From the NCBI RefSeq assembly GCF_001194135.2, contig NC_068982.1:49891940-49955939 (forward strand): a stretch of DNA of 64,000 bases, in the 5' to 3' direction. Positions 1 through 12,065 of the stretch are shown in pieces. Positions within the stretch are counted from its first letter, which is position 1. Every line of letters starts with the position of its first letter. The stretch is from Octopus bimaculoides (lineage: Eukaryota). The position numbers and the translations under genes were made by a program. The notes below the pieces were generated by a model. The model saw only the letters and a program-made list of their open reading frames with translations. It ran no database searches and was not told where the DNA came from.

Positions 1-369
1 GCACCAACAGCTACTTTTCCAAAGTGTATGTGACTAATAGGAGGAAGGGATGAAAATATCTCCAGGCTGTAGACCGGACTTGAATATTTGCAGCAAACTG
101 GATTCTGTAGGTGCTGCTGCTAATAATAATAATAATAATAATCATTTCAAATTTTGGCATGGAGCTAGCAAGTTTGGGGAGGGAGTAAGTCAATTACATT
201 AACCCCAGGGTTCACTTGATACTTATTTTGTTGACCCTGAAATGATGAAAGGCAACATAGAACTCAGTGACATTTGAACTCTGTAAAGATGGATGGAATG
301 GTACTAAGCATTTTGCCTGGCATGCTAATAATTCTGCCAGGATGCCTTAATAGTAATAATCATCATCAT

Positions 370-1035
370 CATCGTTTAACGTCCGTTTTCCATGCTAGCA
401 TGGATTGGACGGTTCAACCGGGGTCTGGGAAGCCAGGAGGCTGCACCAGGCTCCAGTCTGATCTGGCAATGTTTCTACAGCTGGATGCCATTCCTAACGC
501 CAACCACTCCATGAGAGTAGTGGGTGCCTTTTATGTGCCACCGGCACAGGGGCCAGAGGAAGCTGGCAACAGTCACGTTCAATTGGTGCTTTTTACGTGC
601 CACCAACACGGAAGCCAGTTATGGCAGCGCTGGTATCGGCCGCATTTAGATGGTGCTTTTTACGTGCCACCGGCATGGGTATCACAACTACAATTTCCAT
701 TTGATTTTCATTTTGATGTTGCTGTACTTGACTCAATATGTCTCTTCAACTACAGCAGGTCGCCCTACAATCCAAGGTACTTTTGAATGAGCTGGGGTTG
801 GTTATGGGAAACTGGTGTAGGATACAGCCGTGAACTCACTTTATTTGCCAGGTGTTTGCAGTCACAGCATATCTCCAGAGGTCTCAGTCTTTCATCATTA
901 CCTCTGTGAGGCCCAACATTCAAAGGTCATGCTTGACCACCTCATCCCACGTCTTCCTTGGTCCACCTCTACTCCAGATTCCTTCAACTGTTTGGGAGTG
1001 GCACTTCTTCACACATCTCTCCTCATCCATCCATA
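370..1035 (-). mobile_element. RTE-like LINE 3' end joined to a (GAT)n-tailed 3' module
   Basis: MDEERCVKKC..VEG..RGGPRKTWDEVVKHDL, then the shared tail ending catgctagcatggaaaacggacgttaaacgatgatg. Confidence 0.7.
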
Positions 1036-1344
1036 GTACATGACCATGCCCATAATAATCCATAGTACATGACCATGACCATAATAATCTGTAGTACATG
1101 ACCATAACCATAATAATAATAATAATCATTTCTACTATGGGGACAAGGTCTGGAATTTGTGGGGAGGAGGATAGTCAATTACATCAACCCCAGTACTCAA
1201 CTGGTACTTAATTTATCAATCCCAAAACGATGAAAGGCAAAGTCAACCTCGGTGGAATTTGAACTCAGAGCATAGCAACAGGCAAAATACAGCTAAGCAT
1301 TTTGTCCAGTGTGCTCATGATTCTGCCAGTTTGTTGCCTTAATG

Positions 1345-1385
<41 letters not shown>

Positions 1386-2368
1386 TATTATTATTATTAT
1401 TATTATTGTTATTATCCTTTCTAATATAGACACAAGGCCTGAATTTTTCTCTTTTTTTTTTTGGTGGTGGGGATGTCAGTCAATTGTATCAAGTCCAGTA
1501 TTGAACTGGTACTTACTCTATTGACCCTAAAAGGCTGAAAGCAAAGTCAGCCTCTGCGGCATTTGAACTCAGAATGTAAAGACAGATGAAATGCTTCTAA
1601 GCATATTTTGTTCAATGTGTAAATGATATTGACAGCTCACTGAATAAAATAGGAAAATTAATAAACTGAGAGGATATTACAGATTTCTCTTCTCAAATAT
1701 GTCTTTAAGGACATTATACTTTTTACCTATTAAAAATATCTTACTGGATTTGTAAGATTTAAAACTCAGAATATATAAGACTTAAGACTCAATCCATTTT
1801 AATAATTTTGACAACTTATTTTTCACCAAAACTAAACAACACTGTCAGTACTGACAAAAATGTTCTGAAATATATTAATGTCAACCCAGTAGCTAAAGAA
1901 GTAATAAACTTTAATAGGTTCTGAAAAAGGAACAAACAACAAGAAGCCCCAGTAATTTTAATATCAAAAGTATTTTTAATAAAGAAATGGAGAACTTATG
2001 TTCAAACTTACCACAGATGTCAAAAGAATAAACTAAGTTTAATATATTTACAGTTCGAGAATGTGTGTGTGTGTGTAACTGAAATATGTTTGCACCACAG
2101 TTTAATGTATTTTTTTCCCCCTTATATATAATAAACTTTCTTCATATTTTGTTTCCTTCTTTAATAAGAAATAGTAATAACATGAGAATCAGCACAAACA
2201 AAAATTCTACACCAGGTTTGAATTTTTTTTTTTCTTCTTAGAAAATCAAAGACATTCCACATATCAAAGACAACATGATATTCTATACTGAAATCGAAGG
2301 AACAACAAAGAAAATTTGACCAACAAAAGAAAGTAAAAGCACAAAGGTTTTAAGTTCAGTTTACTTAC

Positions 2369-2415
2369 AAATATCATTTTCCAGCCAGTCTAGAGAATCT
2401 TTTGATTTCCTCTCT
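2369..2415 (-). CDS. KATNIP: KATNIP exon (47 nt, last in window): (K)ERKSKDSLDWLENDI
   Basis: Acceptor ttcttttaattttag|, donor ttt|gtaagt. Only the phase-2 frame is open, matching the upstream exon. Confidence 0.72.
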
Positions 2416-2692
2416 CTAAAATTAAAAGAAAGTACAGCTGTGTGATTTATCTTTCTCAAATTGAATTATAACATACTTTACAATACTTTTGTCACCTACA
2501 ATTCAGCATCTTTTGTTTTACTCCCAAAGAGGCAGCAGTCAGAGGAATACACTCATGTTTTCTTTACCCTTGAGTAGTTCTTATACAACATAAAATAATG
2601 GCATTATATGTGTTCTCTGTTTTTCTTTTACAGATTTGTGTTAGCAACCAGCTTACTATGTTTGTTTACCAAGTTGTGTGTGTGTGTATGTA

Positions 2693-2780
<88 letters not shown>

Positions 2781-2847
2781 TAGATAGATACATACATACA
2801 TACATACAGATATATACAGATATATATATATATATATATATATATTA

Positions 2848-2977
2848 ATATTTATCAGAGGTAACAGAGTGACTCAAGGTCTGAGAGTTTCATGGATTGG
2901 CATGTACTGAACATTTGGTAAGTACCAACACACAAAACTCTGAGACCTTGAGTCACTCTGTTACCTTTGATAAATAT
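2848..2977. mobile_element. 130-bp foldback MITE
   Basis: 43-bp arms (2848-2890 and 2935-2977), 41 of 43 complementary, 44-nt spacer, TA-rich flanks. Confidence 0.75.
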
Positions 2978-3082
2978 GTACCTATACTCATTTTTTGAGT
3001 TCTATTTTCCCTTTTTGCACCAACATACCCCTGTGTGTGTGTGTGTGTGTGCGTGCGTGCGTGTACATATAGCATGCATATA

Positions 3083-3907
3083 TGAGGTAGTATCAAAAAG
3101 TTCCCAGACTAGATCTGCAGCATGCCAACAGATGGCAGTATATGACTGTGTGTGCAGTGAGAGCTAGCAGTGACCTTCATGAGGCAGTGTACCAAGTGAC
3201 ATTGCTGTGTTTACTTAACAAGTTGTGGAATTTGTGTTTTTATGATCACATGTATGCTGTAGTCTGTGATTGTTGTCATGGAAAGTAACTTGGAGCAAAC
3301 AGCCAACGTGAAATTTTGTGTTAAATTTGGGAAGTCTACAATGGAGACATTGAGCATGCTTTGGCAAGCTTACGGAAAAGAGGCAATGGGTTGTACGGAA
3401 TGTTTTGAGCAGTATGAGCACTTCAAAAGCAGAAGAACATCCCTAGAAGGTGATGAGTGAGCTGGAAGACCTGCCACAAGCATCACCCCAACAAATGTGG
3501 AGAAAAATCATCAGCTTGTGCATAAGGATTGTCAGAGGACAGTGAGTGATGTCTTAAAGTGTTTAAGGAAAGACATTCAGTAAAAGCGACCAAATCACTG
3601 AGCTCTCCTCACTCATGAGTTTCTCACCAAAGGGAACATGGTATTACTTCCACACCCGTCCTGTTCAGCAGGGACTTGCATCTCTTCCCCAAGAAGAAAG
3701 TGCAGTCAAAGGTCGCCGTTTTAATATTGTTGTCGAAATCAAAAGTGAATCACAGGCCTTTGACTCACTTACAAAAAACAACTTCCAAGCCAGATTTCAA
3801 AGTACTGCTGTGCAAGGTGACTATTTTGAAGGAGATGATGTTAAAACTTAGGTAGATAAATTTTTTTTTTTTATTAAACATAACTAGTTCAGGAACTTTT
3901 TGATACC

Positions 3908-3913
<6 letters not shown>
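3083..3913 (+). mobile_element. Internally deleted mariner transposon
   Basis: 30-bp TIRs tgaggtagtatcaaaaagttcccagactag / ctagttcaggaactttttgataccacctta (25 of 30), TA flanks. HTH remnant EQTANVKFCVKFGKST.ET and C-terminal KGRRF...GDYFEG; most of the catalytic core is missing. Confidence 0.9.
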
Positions 3914-3963
<50 letters not shown>

Positions 3964-4559
3964 CACACACATATTCTTATCAGTTTTCCTTGAGGGTTTA
4001 CTGCCCATGAGGTCTTAAAACTTTGAATCATATTCTTAGCACACCAATAATTTACAGCAACTTTTCATCATGCATTAACTATATAAATATAAATCTTATT
4101 CTTCTCTAATCAGCGTATGTATACCTTTGTTTTTCTGTCTCAGAAATATTACTTGATAATATATTTTTAGTTCTTCATGAAAGAACAGCCTTAAGTAAAA
4201 AGTTTCTAAAATCTTATAGAAGAAAGTAAAAGGTAAAAAGTTATTACTGCAAACAATTGTTTGCAAAGCAAAATATAATAAGTAAGTATCAAATGAATTG
4301 AAGGAGTTCCTGCTAAAATTGCAACCAACTTCTCTGATCAGAGTCTACATCGTAAAAAGGAAGGACACATTAGACAATGTAGTTCTAGATTTACAGAAGG
4401 AGTGGACTGTCTGTTAGAATTCTTTTTACCATTGCTGCTAGTTTAGTTTTCGAAAATAACATAAGGCATTAAAGCAAATAACATATTTTGATATACTCAT
4501 AGTATTCTCACTATATCAACTAGACTATCAGATGCTGTTATACACCACTGATCACAATG

Positions 4560-4803
4560 CACTTCCTTGCACTCTTGTAGCGTTTGAATGATGCCATTCC
4601 ACTGGCTAGGCAGGCAGGACAACATTCTCCCTCAATGAGGTGCCAATCTGCTGCAGGGTTTCCAATTTACAACAGAATGGACTGGAACAATGTGAAACAA
4701 AGTGTTTTGCTCAAGAATACAATACACTGATGGTCTGAGAATTGAAACCACAATCTCGCAATCATGAATGCAACACCCTAACCACTAGGCCGCATGCCTT
4801 CAC
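4560..4803 (-). mobile_element. tRNA-headed CORE-like SINE
   Basis: Minus strand gtgaaggcatgcggcctagtggttagggtgttgca...ttcttgagcaaaacacttt. Related fragments near 7330, 14600, 24890, 29340 and 47830. Confidence 0.65.
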
Positions 4804-5362
4804 ACATGCTTACCACAAGAAATCTTTAACCAATTGCAATATCTGTATGTATCACTATTCATGATTAAGAAGTCAGTAGCTTGGCAGAATCATAAGAACA
4901 TCAGTCAAAATACATGCAGTGTTTAATAACACTGCTTTACAGTTTTAGGTTTAAATCCTACTAATATTAACTTTGATGACCATTTTTCTGTGATCAATAA
5001 AATATAATACCAGTTAAACATTGGGGCTGATTTCATAGATTAGCATATTTTCCAGCATGCAAGTCAAATTTTTCAGACCAAAATTTACAACCAAAAGACA
5101 AAAGGCTCATTTATACACCAAGATGACATTAGCGGACCAAAATTTCCATGTGAAATGCAGTAGGATTTGGAAAAATAGCAGTGATATTTGAACACTTACA
5201 CTATGTTTAGAATCTTTACTATCTTGACTTTTATGCTGGAAAAAATGGCATATCTCTTTTGCAACGAATGCCTTGTACCTATCATACAAAGCATTGTACA
5301 TTACTTTCCAAAAGACATACTGTTGTGATCTTAGAAATCAGCATACTGTTTTTGATAAATAA

Positions 5363-5577
5363 CCCTTTAACATTCTGATTACTCTGTCAAATGTAATGTT
5401 TATTTATTCTCATTGCTTTATCATTCATTATCTTGTAGCTTCAAGATTTTAACTATGTGGTTGTTTATTTTTAGGATGTCATTGTAGGGTAGGTATGAGA
5501 AGCCAGATCTACCATGGTTTGAACATATAACAACTAGAATATTTGGGCCGGATATGGCTGGTTTAAATGTTAAAGGG
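5363..5577. mobile_element. piggyBac-like MITE (about 215 bp, TTAA-CCCTTTAGCATT ends)
   Basis: Ends ccctttaacatt / aatgttaaaggg+ttaa. Related copies at 13209-13793 (with insertions), 17852-18281 (tandem pair), 47555-47781, 54835-55044 and 62497-62714. Confidence 0.75.
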
Positions 5578-6169
5578 TTAATACCCTTTACCAAGATAAG
5601 TGAAATATATAAAGCATCATTACATCTGCCTCAGGAAATTCCTATTTCTGGAATTACAGGGTGGTCACTAGAAAAGTGGAAAATTTGTGAAATGCCATTT
5701 TATATTTTCACAAGATGTATTTGAGGTAAACAATGGACATCACAAAGTGTGATATCATATTAACACTCACAAATGTTTAAAATGTTTGATAACAAACAAT
5801 GAATCAGAAACCACTTATTACACAGTATATTGATGATCTAATTATTGCTCGTTAGTTTTGCCTTCAAATTTTCTGCTTTCTAGTGACCACCCTGTAGTTA
5901 CACGCTTTCTCCAACTTACCACTTGGTATCCATGTCACTGGTTCAAAATGTATTCGAAACATCAACTGTTTTGATATTAATCAAAACAGTTGAGGTTTCA
6001 GATATTTTGAGCCAGAGACAAAGATACAAGAACACTTAACTTGAAAATTTACCAGCTAAATTTTCTTCAATAGACATTTTTTTTTATCACCTTTGAAATG
6101 AGTAGTACATGTCTATATTTGTAATATATTGACAGCAGTACCGCCTGACTGGCTCCTGTAGGATTTTCG

Positions 6170-6450
6170 AGCGAGATCGTTGCCAGTGCCCCTGGACTGG
6201 CTTGTGCGGGTGGCACATAAAAGACACCATTTCGAGCGTGGCCGTTTTCGTGCGGGTGACACGTAAAAGCACCCACTACACTCTCTGAGTGGTTGGCGTT
6301 AGGAAGGGCATCCAGCTGTAGAAACTCTGCCAAATCAGACTGGAGCCTGGTGTTGCCATCCGGTTTCACCAGTCCTCAGTCAAATCGTCCAACCCATGCT
6401 AGCATGGAAAGCGGACGTTAAACGATGATGATGATGATGATGATGATGTG
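6170..6450 (+). mobile_element. (GAT)n-tailed retroposon family C (representative copy)
   Basis: ggttggcgttaggaagggcatccagctgtag...aacccatgctagcatggaaagcggacgttaaacgatgatg. Related copies near 7690, 9730, 14090, 16560, 20090, 25970, 30120, 31810, 32030, 34380, 46920, 52080, 52350 and 54020. Confidence 0.75.
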
Positions 6451-7555
6451 CAATGTACAGCTGGCACTTGATCATTCATTAAGAATCCTGGTAAGACTTA
6501 ATGCATAAACTTAATCCTAACAAGGTCTACTCAACAATGAAATATATTTTATATCTTAGGAGCATATTGTGTAGAAACCATAATGAAGTAAAAGTGATAT
6601 AATGAAAGTAACATGGTTGGCATGAAAGCCAGTGAAAAACCTCTATCCACAATAGCTACATCTTTAAAAGTTTCTGCAAACAAACCAAAGCATATTCTTT
6701 TGTCTATGGTTATTGTTACTAATCCTAGGTGTTTATTACTGTATCAGACCTGTGTTTGAAATGCAATAAAAGAATAAACTTGTTCTAGACACATTCAGTA
6801 TGCAAGATTATTGATCACCAATATCTCAAATATTAAGTTGGTCCAAAACCTGTAAGCAATAGGAAGGATAGCTTGGTAATATAATGGTATGCATTATAAG
6901 ATATTTCCTAAAATGTCAGTTGATAAATTAGAATTATTAGCTTTAAAATGAATAACTGATATAGAACTCAAAAATAATGACCATACTGCAGGAATTTATG
7001 AAGTCTTACTTGGATATGAACCTTAACCCCAAACCATAATATTCATCATGTAACAAGTGATTGGAATCATTAAAATTCTCAGAGCTGAATAAGAATAGAA
7101 TCAGCAATTTCACATAAATAGCCAATATACATCATAAAATCATAGTCAATCATTTCAGTTAGTTGTACAACGCTATAATATCTCTTGTGGGGATACAACT
7201 CTCCAACATCTTCGTACAATTAATTTCAGCATGAACACATTATCAGGTCTGATGTCTCGTTTAAGATAAGTTTAACAAGAAAATGGATTATCTTTTATCC
7301 TTTACTTGTTTCAGTCATTAGATTCCTGGGCCAAGCTCTGTGTTGTGTTCTTGAGCAAGACACTTTATTTTCACGTTGCTCCAGTTCACTCAGCAGTAGA
7401 AATGAATGAGTTGCAACGTCACTGGTGCCAAGCTGTATCAGCCTTTACTTTCCCTTGGATAACATTGGTGGCATGGAGAAGGGAGGCCGGTATGCATGTG
7501 TGACTGCTGGTCTTCTATAAAACAACCTTGCCCAGACTTGTGCCTTGGAAGGGAG

Positions 7556-7692
7556 CTTCCAACAATTGAAGCTACAACAGATACTCAGCATACAATGGAA
7601 AGATCACATTACCAACAATGAGGTTCTTCACCCAACCTCACTACCAAGTGTTGAAGCCACCATTCTTCACCATCGTCTCCACTGGGACTGGC
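7556..7692 (+). mobile_element. RTE-like LINE fragment
   Basis: FQQLKLQQILSIQWKDHITNNEVL...LPSVEATILHHRLHW. Confidence 0.7.
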
Positions 7693-7891
7693 CCTCATGC
7701 CAGTGGCACGTAAATGCACCCACTACATTCTCAGAGTGGTTGGTGTAAGGAAGGGTATCCAGCTGTAGAAACTCTGCCAGATCAGATTGGAGCCTAGTGC
7801 AGCCATCCGGTTTGCCAGTCCTCAGTCAAATCGTCCAACCCATGCTAGCATGGAAAGCAGATGCTAAACGATGATGATGATGATGATGATG

Positions 7892-7922
<31 letters not shown>

Positions 7923-8554
7923 GTTGTACATTTAAATGTAAACACAAGAAATACTACGTATGTATGTATATATGTACATACACAGGCATATATGTATGTA
8001 CATAAACAGGCATGTGTATGTATGTGTTTCCTTGTCCTGACATTATCGGGTAGTTTGTAAATGATTGTCACATAAGCAGAGTTGTCTATTTGCAATATTC
8101 TGCAAGAGCATATCTGACCACAGGGAAATATTGCCTTGCTTGGAAATAGATGAGGGTTAGCCACAGGAAAGATACCCAGCTGAAGGAAATTTGCCTCAGT
8201 AATCTTTGTCTGATTGATGCAAGGAAGGAAAAGAAGACATTAAAATGATGATGGTGATCTGATGATGAACAATTAAGAAACTGTTTGAAATTAAAACAAA
8301 ACTGGTGATTAGATTTTACTTCTCATTTTTAGCTGCACATTAAATCTAGTCTCTTGGGAAAAATGACAATATAAATTGAACTATCCAAAATAATATAAAT
8401 TATATTCCTAAGTATACACAGGTGAACTTGATTCATTTACATATATCATAACAAACAGTATCTGAGTCTTTTAGAAAAGATTTATGACTGTTTCTCAATA
8501 GACATGAACTTTTATAAAGAAAAGAAAAGTTACAATCAAAAGTGCAGAAAACTT

Positions 8555-8712
8555 ATTAGCCAATCTAAAATAAGATAATTTATTAATGAGTTCCATTAAT
8601 TCTGGGAGATACCATTAGAAGTTAACACTTTCAGATATCCATCATCATCATCATTTAATGTCCACTTTTCCAAGCTTGCATGGGTCAAACTGAATTTGTT
8701 GAGGCAGATTTT
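8555..8712 (+). repeat. 158-bp segment whose inverted copy lies at 11418-11575
   Basis: 157 of 158 positions are identical to the reverse complement of 11418-11575. The segment includes non-repeat-looking flank plus a SINE tail. Confidence 0.9.
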
Positions 8713-9514
8713 CTATAATTAGATGCCCTTTCTGCCACCAACACCTTCACCTGTTTTCAAGCAAGGTAATAACTTACCCAAACTGGACATGTTTTTCATG
8801 GACGAATGAAGGAATGAAGGAATGAATGAATGAATGAAGGAATGAATGAATGAGTTAGACAAAATTTTTGAATGCAGGTATGGCTGCATGATTGTTAGTT
8901 TTAAAATCATTTGGTTTCAGGTTCAATCCAACAGCATGATAATTACTAAAGCTCTCAGTTAATGAATCATGTAGCAATTAATTTTTAATTATAAGCTTGA
9001 TATCTTCCTTAATTTGACTGTAATCAATTATAAACCTTAATGAAAAGCAAAGCTCTCAAATTGATTAAACATTGTGCAATTAGTCCTTTATTATTAGCTT
9101 GGTACTTTCTAAAGTTTGTTTTTTTTCATTTCTAATGGGATTTAATTTTTTTTCCAGGTTTCTAATGAGATTTGATTTTTATCACTATATAACTTTGTGT
9201 AACACAAAAGTTCTTATAGCAACTTTGGTGAGTGACTTTTACTGTTGCTTCAGGTTGACTAGTCTTCTGAGTGAAACTGCATAGATGGAAACAGCAATAG
9301 TCCACCAAATGAACTGCATCTAATAAGTCACAATCCCTTCACCCTTTCTCTCTATTAGTATTAAGATCTTGCAATGATTAGGGACACTACCTTTGCTCTT
9401 CTAACAAACCCACAAAAAAAGACTTACAATGCTTAATTACTGGCATATGCTATGAGGGCAAAATTGTCAGAATATAGTAGTTTCCATGGGCTTCCAATCT
9501 TATTCCTTTGTTAC

Positions 9515-9700
9515 GGCCTGCAGGAATCTATGACAGAACAAGAAAAAAAAATTCCAGGTGTGGAAGCAAAACTTGAAATCAAAAGGTCTTAAAGTTGACC
9601 TAACAAAAACAAAGGACTTAGTAAGCAAGAAATCAGACAAGACTATCAGCTTCAGGTAAATGCCCCTGCTCAATATGTAGGAAAGTTGAAGGCAAACATT
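9515..9700 (+). mobile_element. RTE-like LINE RT C-terminal fragment
   Basis: EKKFQVWKQNLKSKGLKVDLTKTK remnant. Confidence 0.6.
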
Positions 9701-9960
9701 CCATTCAGTGCAGCCATTCAGAGATTCCATTCAGTGAAAGCTACACTTAACACACAAGAGGTGCAGTGGAATAGTAGGAAGGTTAACAGAGAAATTAGTG
9801 TTTGGAAAGTGGTTGGCATAAGGAAGGGCAACCAGTAGTAGAAACCAAGTCAAAAATAGACAGTGGAACCTGGTGTGGCTGCTGTCTAAACCAGCTCCTG
9901 TCAAGCCATCCAACCCATGCCAGCATGGAAAACGGGCATTAAATAATTATCATTATTATT

Positions 9961-10257
9961 ACTTGACTTGACTCAAGATTGGTATTAATCTGGGGAAGAT
10001 TTATTTAAGTAGTGGTTGACAATCTGTAACCTTAGGTCTTCACATGATTTTATTAAGCCATCAAGTGCTTAAAATTCTCTTGATGATTTTTCTTGTTCCT
10101 AAGAGGCAACCTTTCTACAGGACATTCCATTCCAGTCTCCGTTATCCATTTGTTTATGTCATCACTAACAGTCCCTAATGCACCAATTATCACAGCAACA
10201 AGCTTTACAGATTTCATGTCCCAAGTATTATTAAATCATTTGCACACCAGGTGAAAT
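9961..10257 (-). mobile_element. Older R4/Dong 3' fragment
   Basis: WDMKSVKLVAVIIGALGTVSDDINKW..CPVE remnant plus 3' UTR and TAA tail. Confidence 0.7.
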
Positions 10258-10444
10258 GTTTAGTGGAATTTCACCCATCTTTACATTCTGAGTTCAAATT
10301 TTGCCATGGTCAACTTTGCCTTTCATCCTTTCAGGATCAATGAAATAAGTATCAGTTGAGTACTTGAGTCAATGTAATTGCCTTACCCTGTCCCCCTAAA
10401 TCACTGGTTTTGTGCCAAAATTTGAAATTATTAATATTATTATT

Positions 10445-10748
10445 TAACATCTCAGAGCTCTCAGTCTTACTTGCTCTAGGTGATTCTGTGAGAGCAGACA
10501 GCAACCTGTTGCCAGAGGTCTCACAGGGTCTCTCTCTGCAAATTACAAGCTTTGGTATCTGGATGTTGACTTACTATGGCAGACACTCAATACCTAAGCA
10601 CCAATCCAAAAATCCTAGTTGTCTCCTATAGAGCAGTTTTGGGGCCTACTCTGCCCTCATGTCAATTCCAGTTTCTCTGACATATTTCTTGAATCTGGTA
10701 GTTAGTGCTCCAAGTGTCCCTACAATTACTGGAATTACAGTTACTCAC
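10445..10748 (-). mobile_element. Older R4/Dong 3' fragment
   Basis: VTVIPVIVGTLGALTTRFKKYV RLE C-terminal remnant followed by (TAA)n. Confidence 0.7.
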
Positions 10749-10771
10749 CTATTATTATTATTATTATCATT

Positions 10772-11417
10772 ATTCAGTAGTTTTATTTTTATAACGTGCT
10801 TTCACTTCACTACCGAGCGCAGCTCTGTGCGCCTTGGGTATGTGCTGTGGTTTGCTGTGGTGCTCTTATGTTTACTGTATTGAAAGTGTTTTGCGTAGAA
10901 TGTGTGCAGTACCCAGTAGTGCAATTTTCTGTATGTTATATATATTTGTAAGTCCTGGTGTTTTTGTTATGTATTTGTCTGAATATTTTTTTATTATACC
11001 TAAGGCACCTACTATGATAGGAATTGTTTCTGTTTTTAGATTCCACATTCGAGTTATCTCTATTTCCAGGTCTTTGTATTTTGAAAGTTTTTCCATTTCT
11101 TTTAGAGAAACGTTGTCATCTGCTGGTATTNNNNNNNNNNNNNNNNNNNNNNNNNNNNNNNNNNNNNNNNNNNNNNNNNNNNNNNNNNNNNNNNNNNNNN
11201 NNNNNNNNNNNNNNNNNNNNNNNNNNNNNNNNNNNNNNNNNNNNNNNNNNNNNNNNNNNNNNNNNNNNNNNNNNNNNNNNNNNNNNNNNNNNNNNNNNNN
11301 NNNNNNNNNNNNNNNNNNNNNNNNCTCCACATATTCTACAGTTACTTGTTATATTTCTTTTCATTATGTGTTTTTGGTAATTTCTGGTGGGGAGGCTTTG
11401 GTCTTGTGCAGCAATTA
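10772..11417 (-). mobile_element. Young 5'-truncated R4/Dong-type element (RLE C-terminus, 3' UTR, TAA tail), interrupted by an N-gap
   Basis: IAAQDQSLPTRNY and SNCRICG lie before the gap. After it, IPADDNVSLKEMEKLSKYKDLEIEITRMW...PIIVGALG...QKIALLGTAHILRKTL is uninterrupted. Confidence 0.9.
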
Positions 11418-11575
11418 AAAATCTGCCTCAACAAATTCAGTTTGACCCATGCAAGCTTGGAAAAGTGGACATTAAATGATGATGATGATGGATATCTGAA
11501 AGTGTTAACTTCTAATGGTATCTCCCAGAATTAATGGAACTCATTAATAAATGATCTTATTTTAGATTGGCTAAT
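11418..11575 (-). repeat. Inverted duplicate of 8555-8712 at the 5' junction of the Dong insertion
   Basis: Direct alignment, one mismatch. Confidence 0.9.
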
Positions 11576-11580
11576 TAAAA

Positions 11581-11623
<43 letters not shown>

Positions 11624-11624
11624 G

Positions 11625-11838
11625 TGGTGGTGAGCCAGCAGAATGGTTAGAATGCTGGGCAAAATGCTTCACAGCAATTTGCCTGTCCTTACATTCTGAG
11701 TTCAAATTCTGCCGAGGTCAACTTTGCCTTTCATCCTTTTGGGGTCAATAGAATAAGTACCAGTTGAACACTGAAGTCAATATAATTGACTCATACCCTC
11801 CCCCAAAACTTCTGTCTTGTGGCAAAATTTGAAGCCAC

Positions 11839-11880
<42 letters not shown>

Positions 11881-12065
11881 GAATGTGGCGAGCTTAGCAA
11901 CATTTTGTCCATCGCTATGTTTTAAGTTAAAATTCTGCTGAGGTCAATATTGCCTTTCATTCTTTCAGGGTCAATACATTAAGTACCAGTGAAACATTGG
12001 GGTCGATGTACTTGACTAATTTCCTCTCCTAAAATTTCAGGCATTGTGCCTTTAGTAGAAAGGAT
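11625..12065 (+). mobile_element. Two head-to-tail tRNA-headed SINE family B copies in an (ATT)n array
   Basis: Head ggtgagccagcagaatggttag with B box gagttcaaattc, body aggtcaactttgcctttcatcc...aagtaccagtt, (ATT)n on both sides. About 16 copies in the window, e.g. 143, 1128, 1415, 10262, 19655, 23945, 32505, 43483, 43928 and 49160. Confidence 0.8.

Noticed and set aside
4125-4205. 81-nt symmetric exon-like segment
   Set aside because: Contains a stop in the phase required at this position.
8250-8290. ctgatga...gaaac hammerhead-like words
   Set aside because: No stem II and no stem I/III pairing; derived from a (GAT)n retroposon tail.
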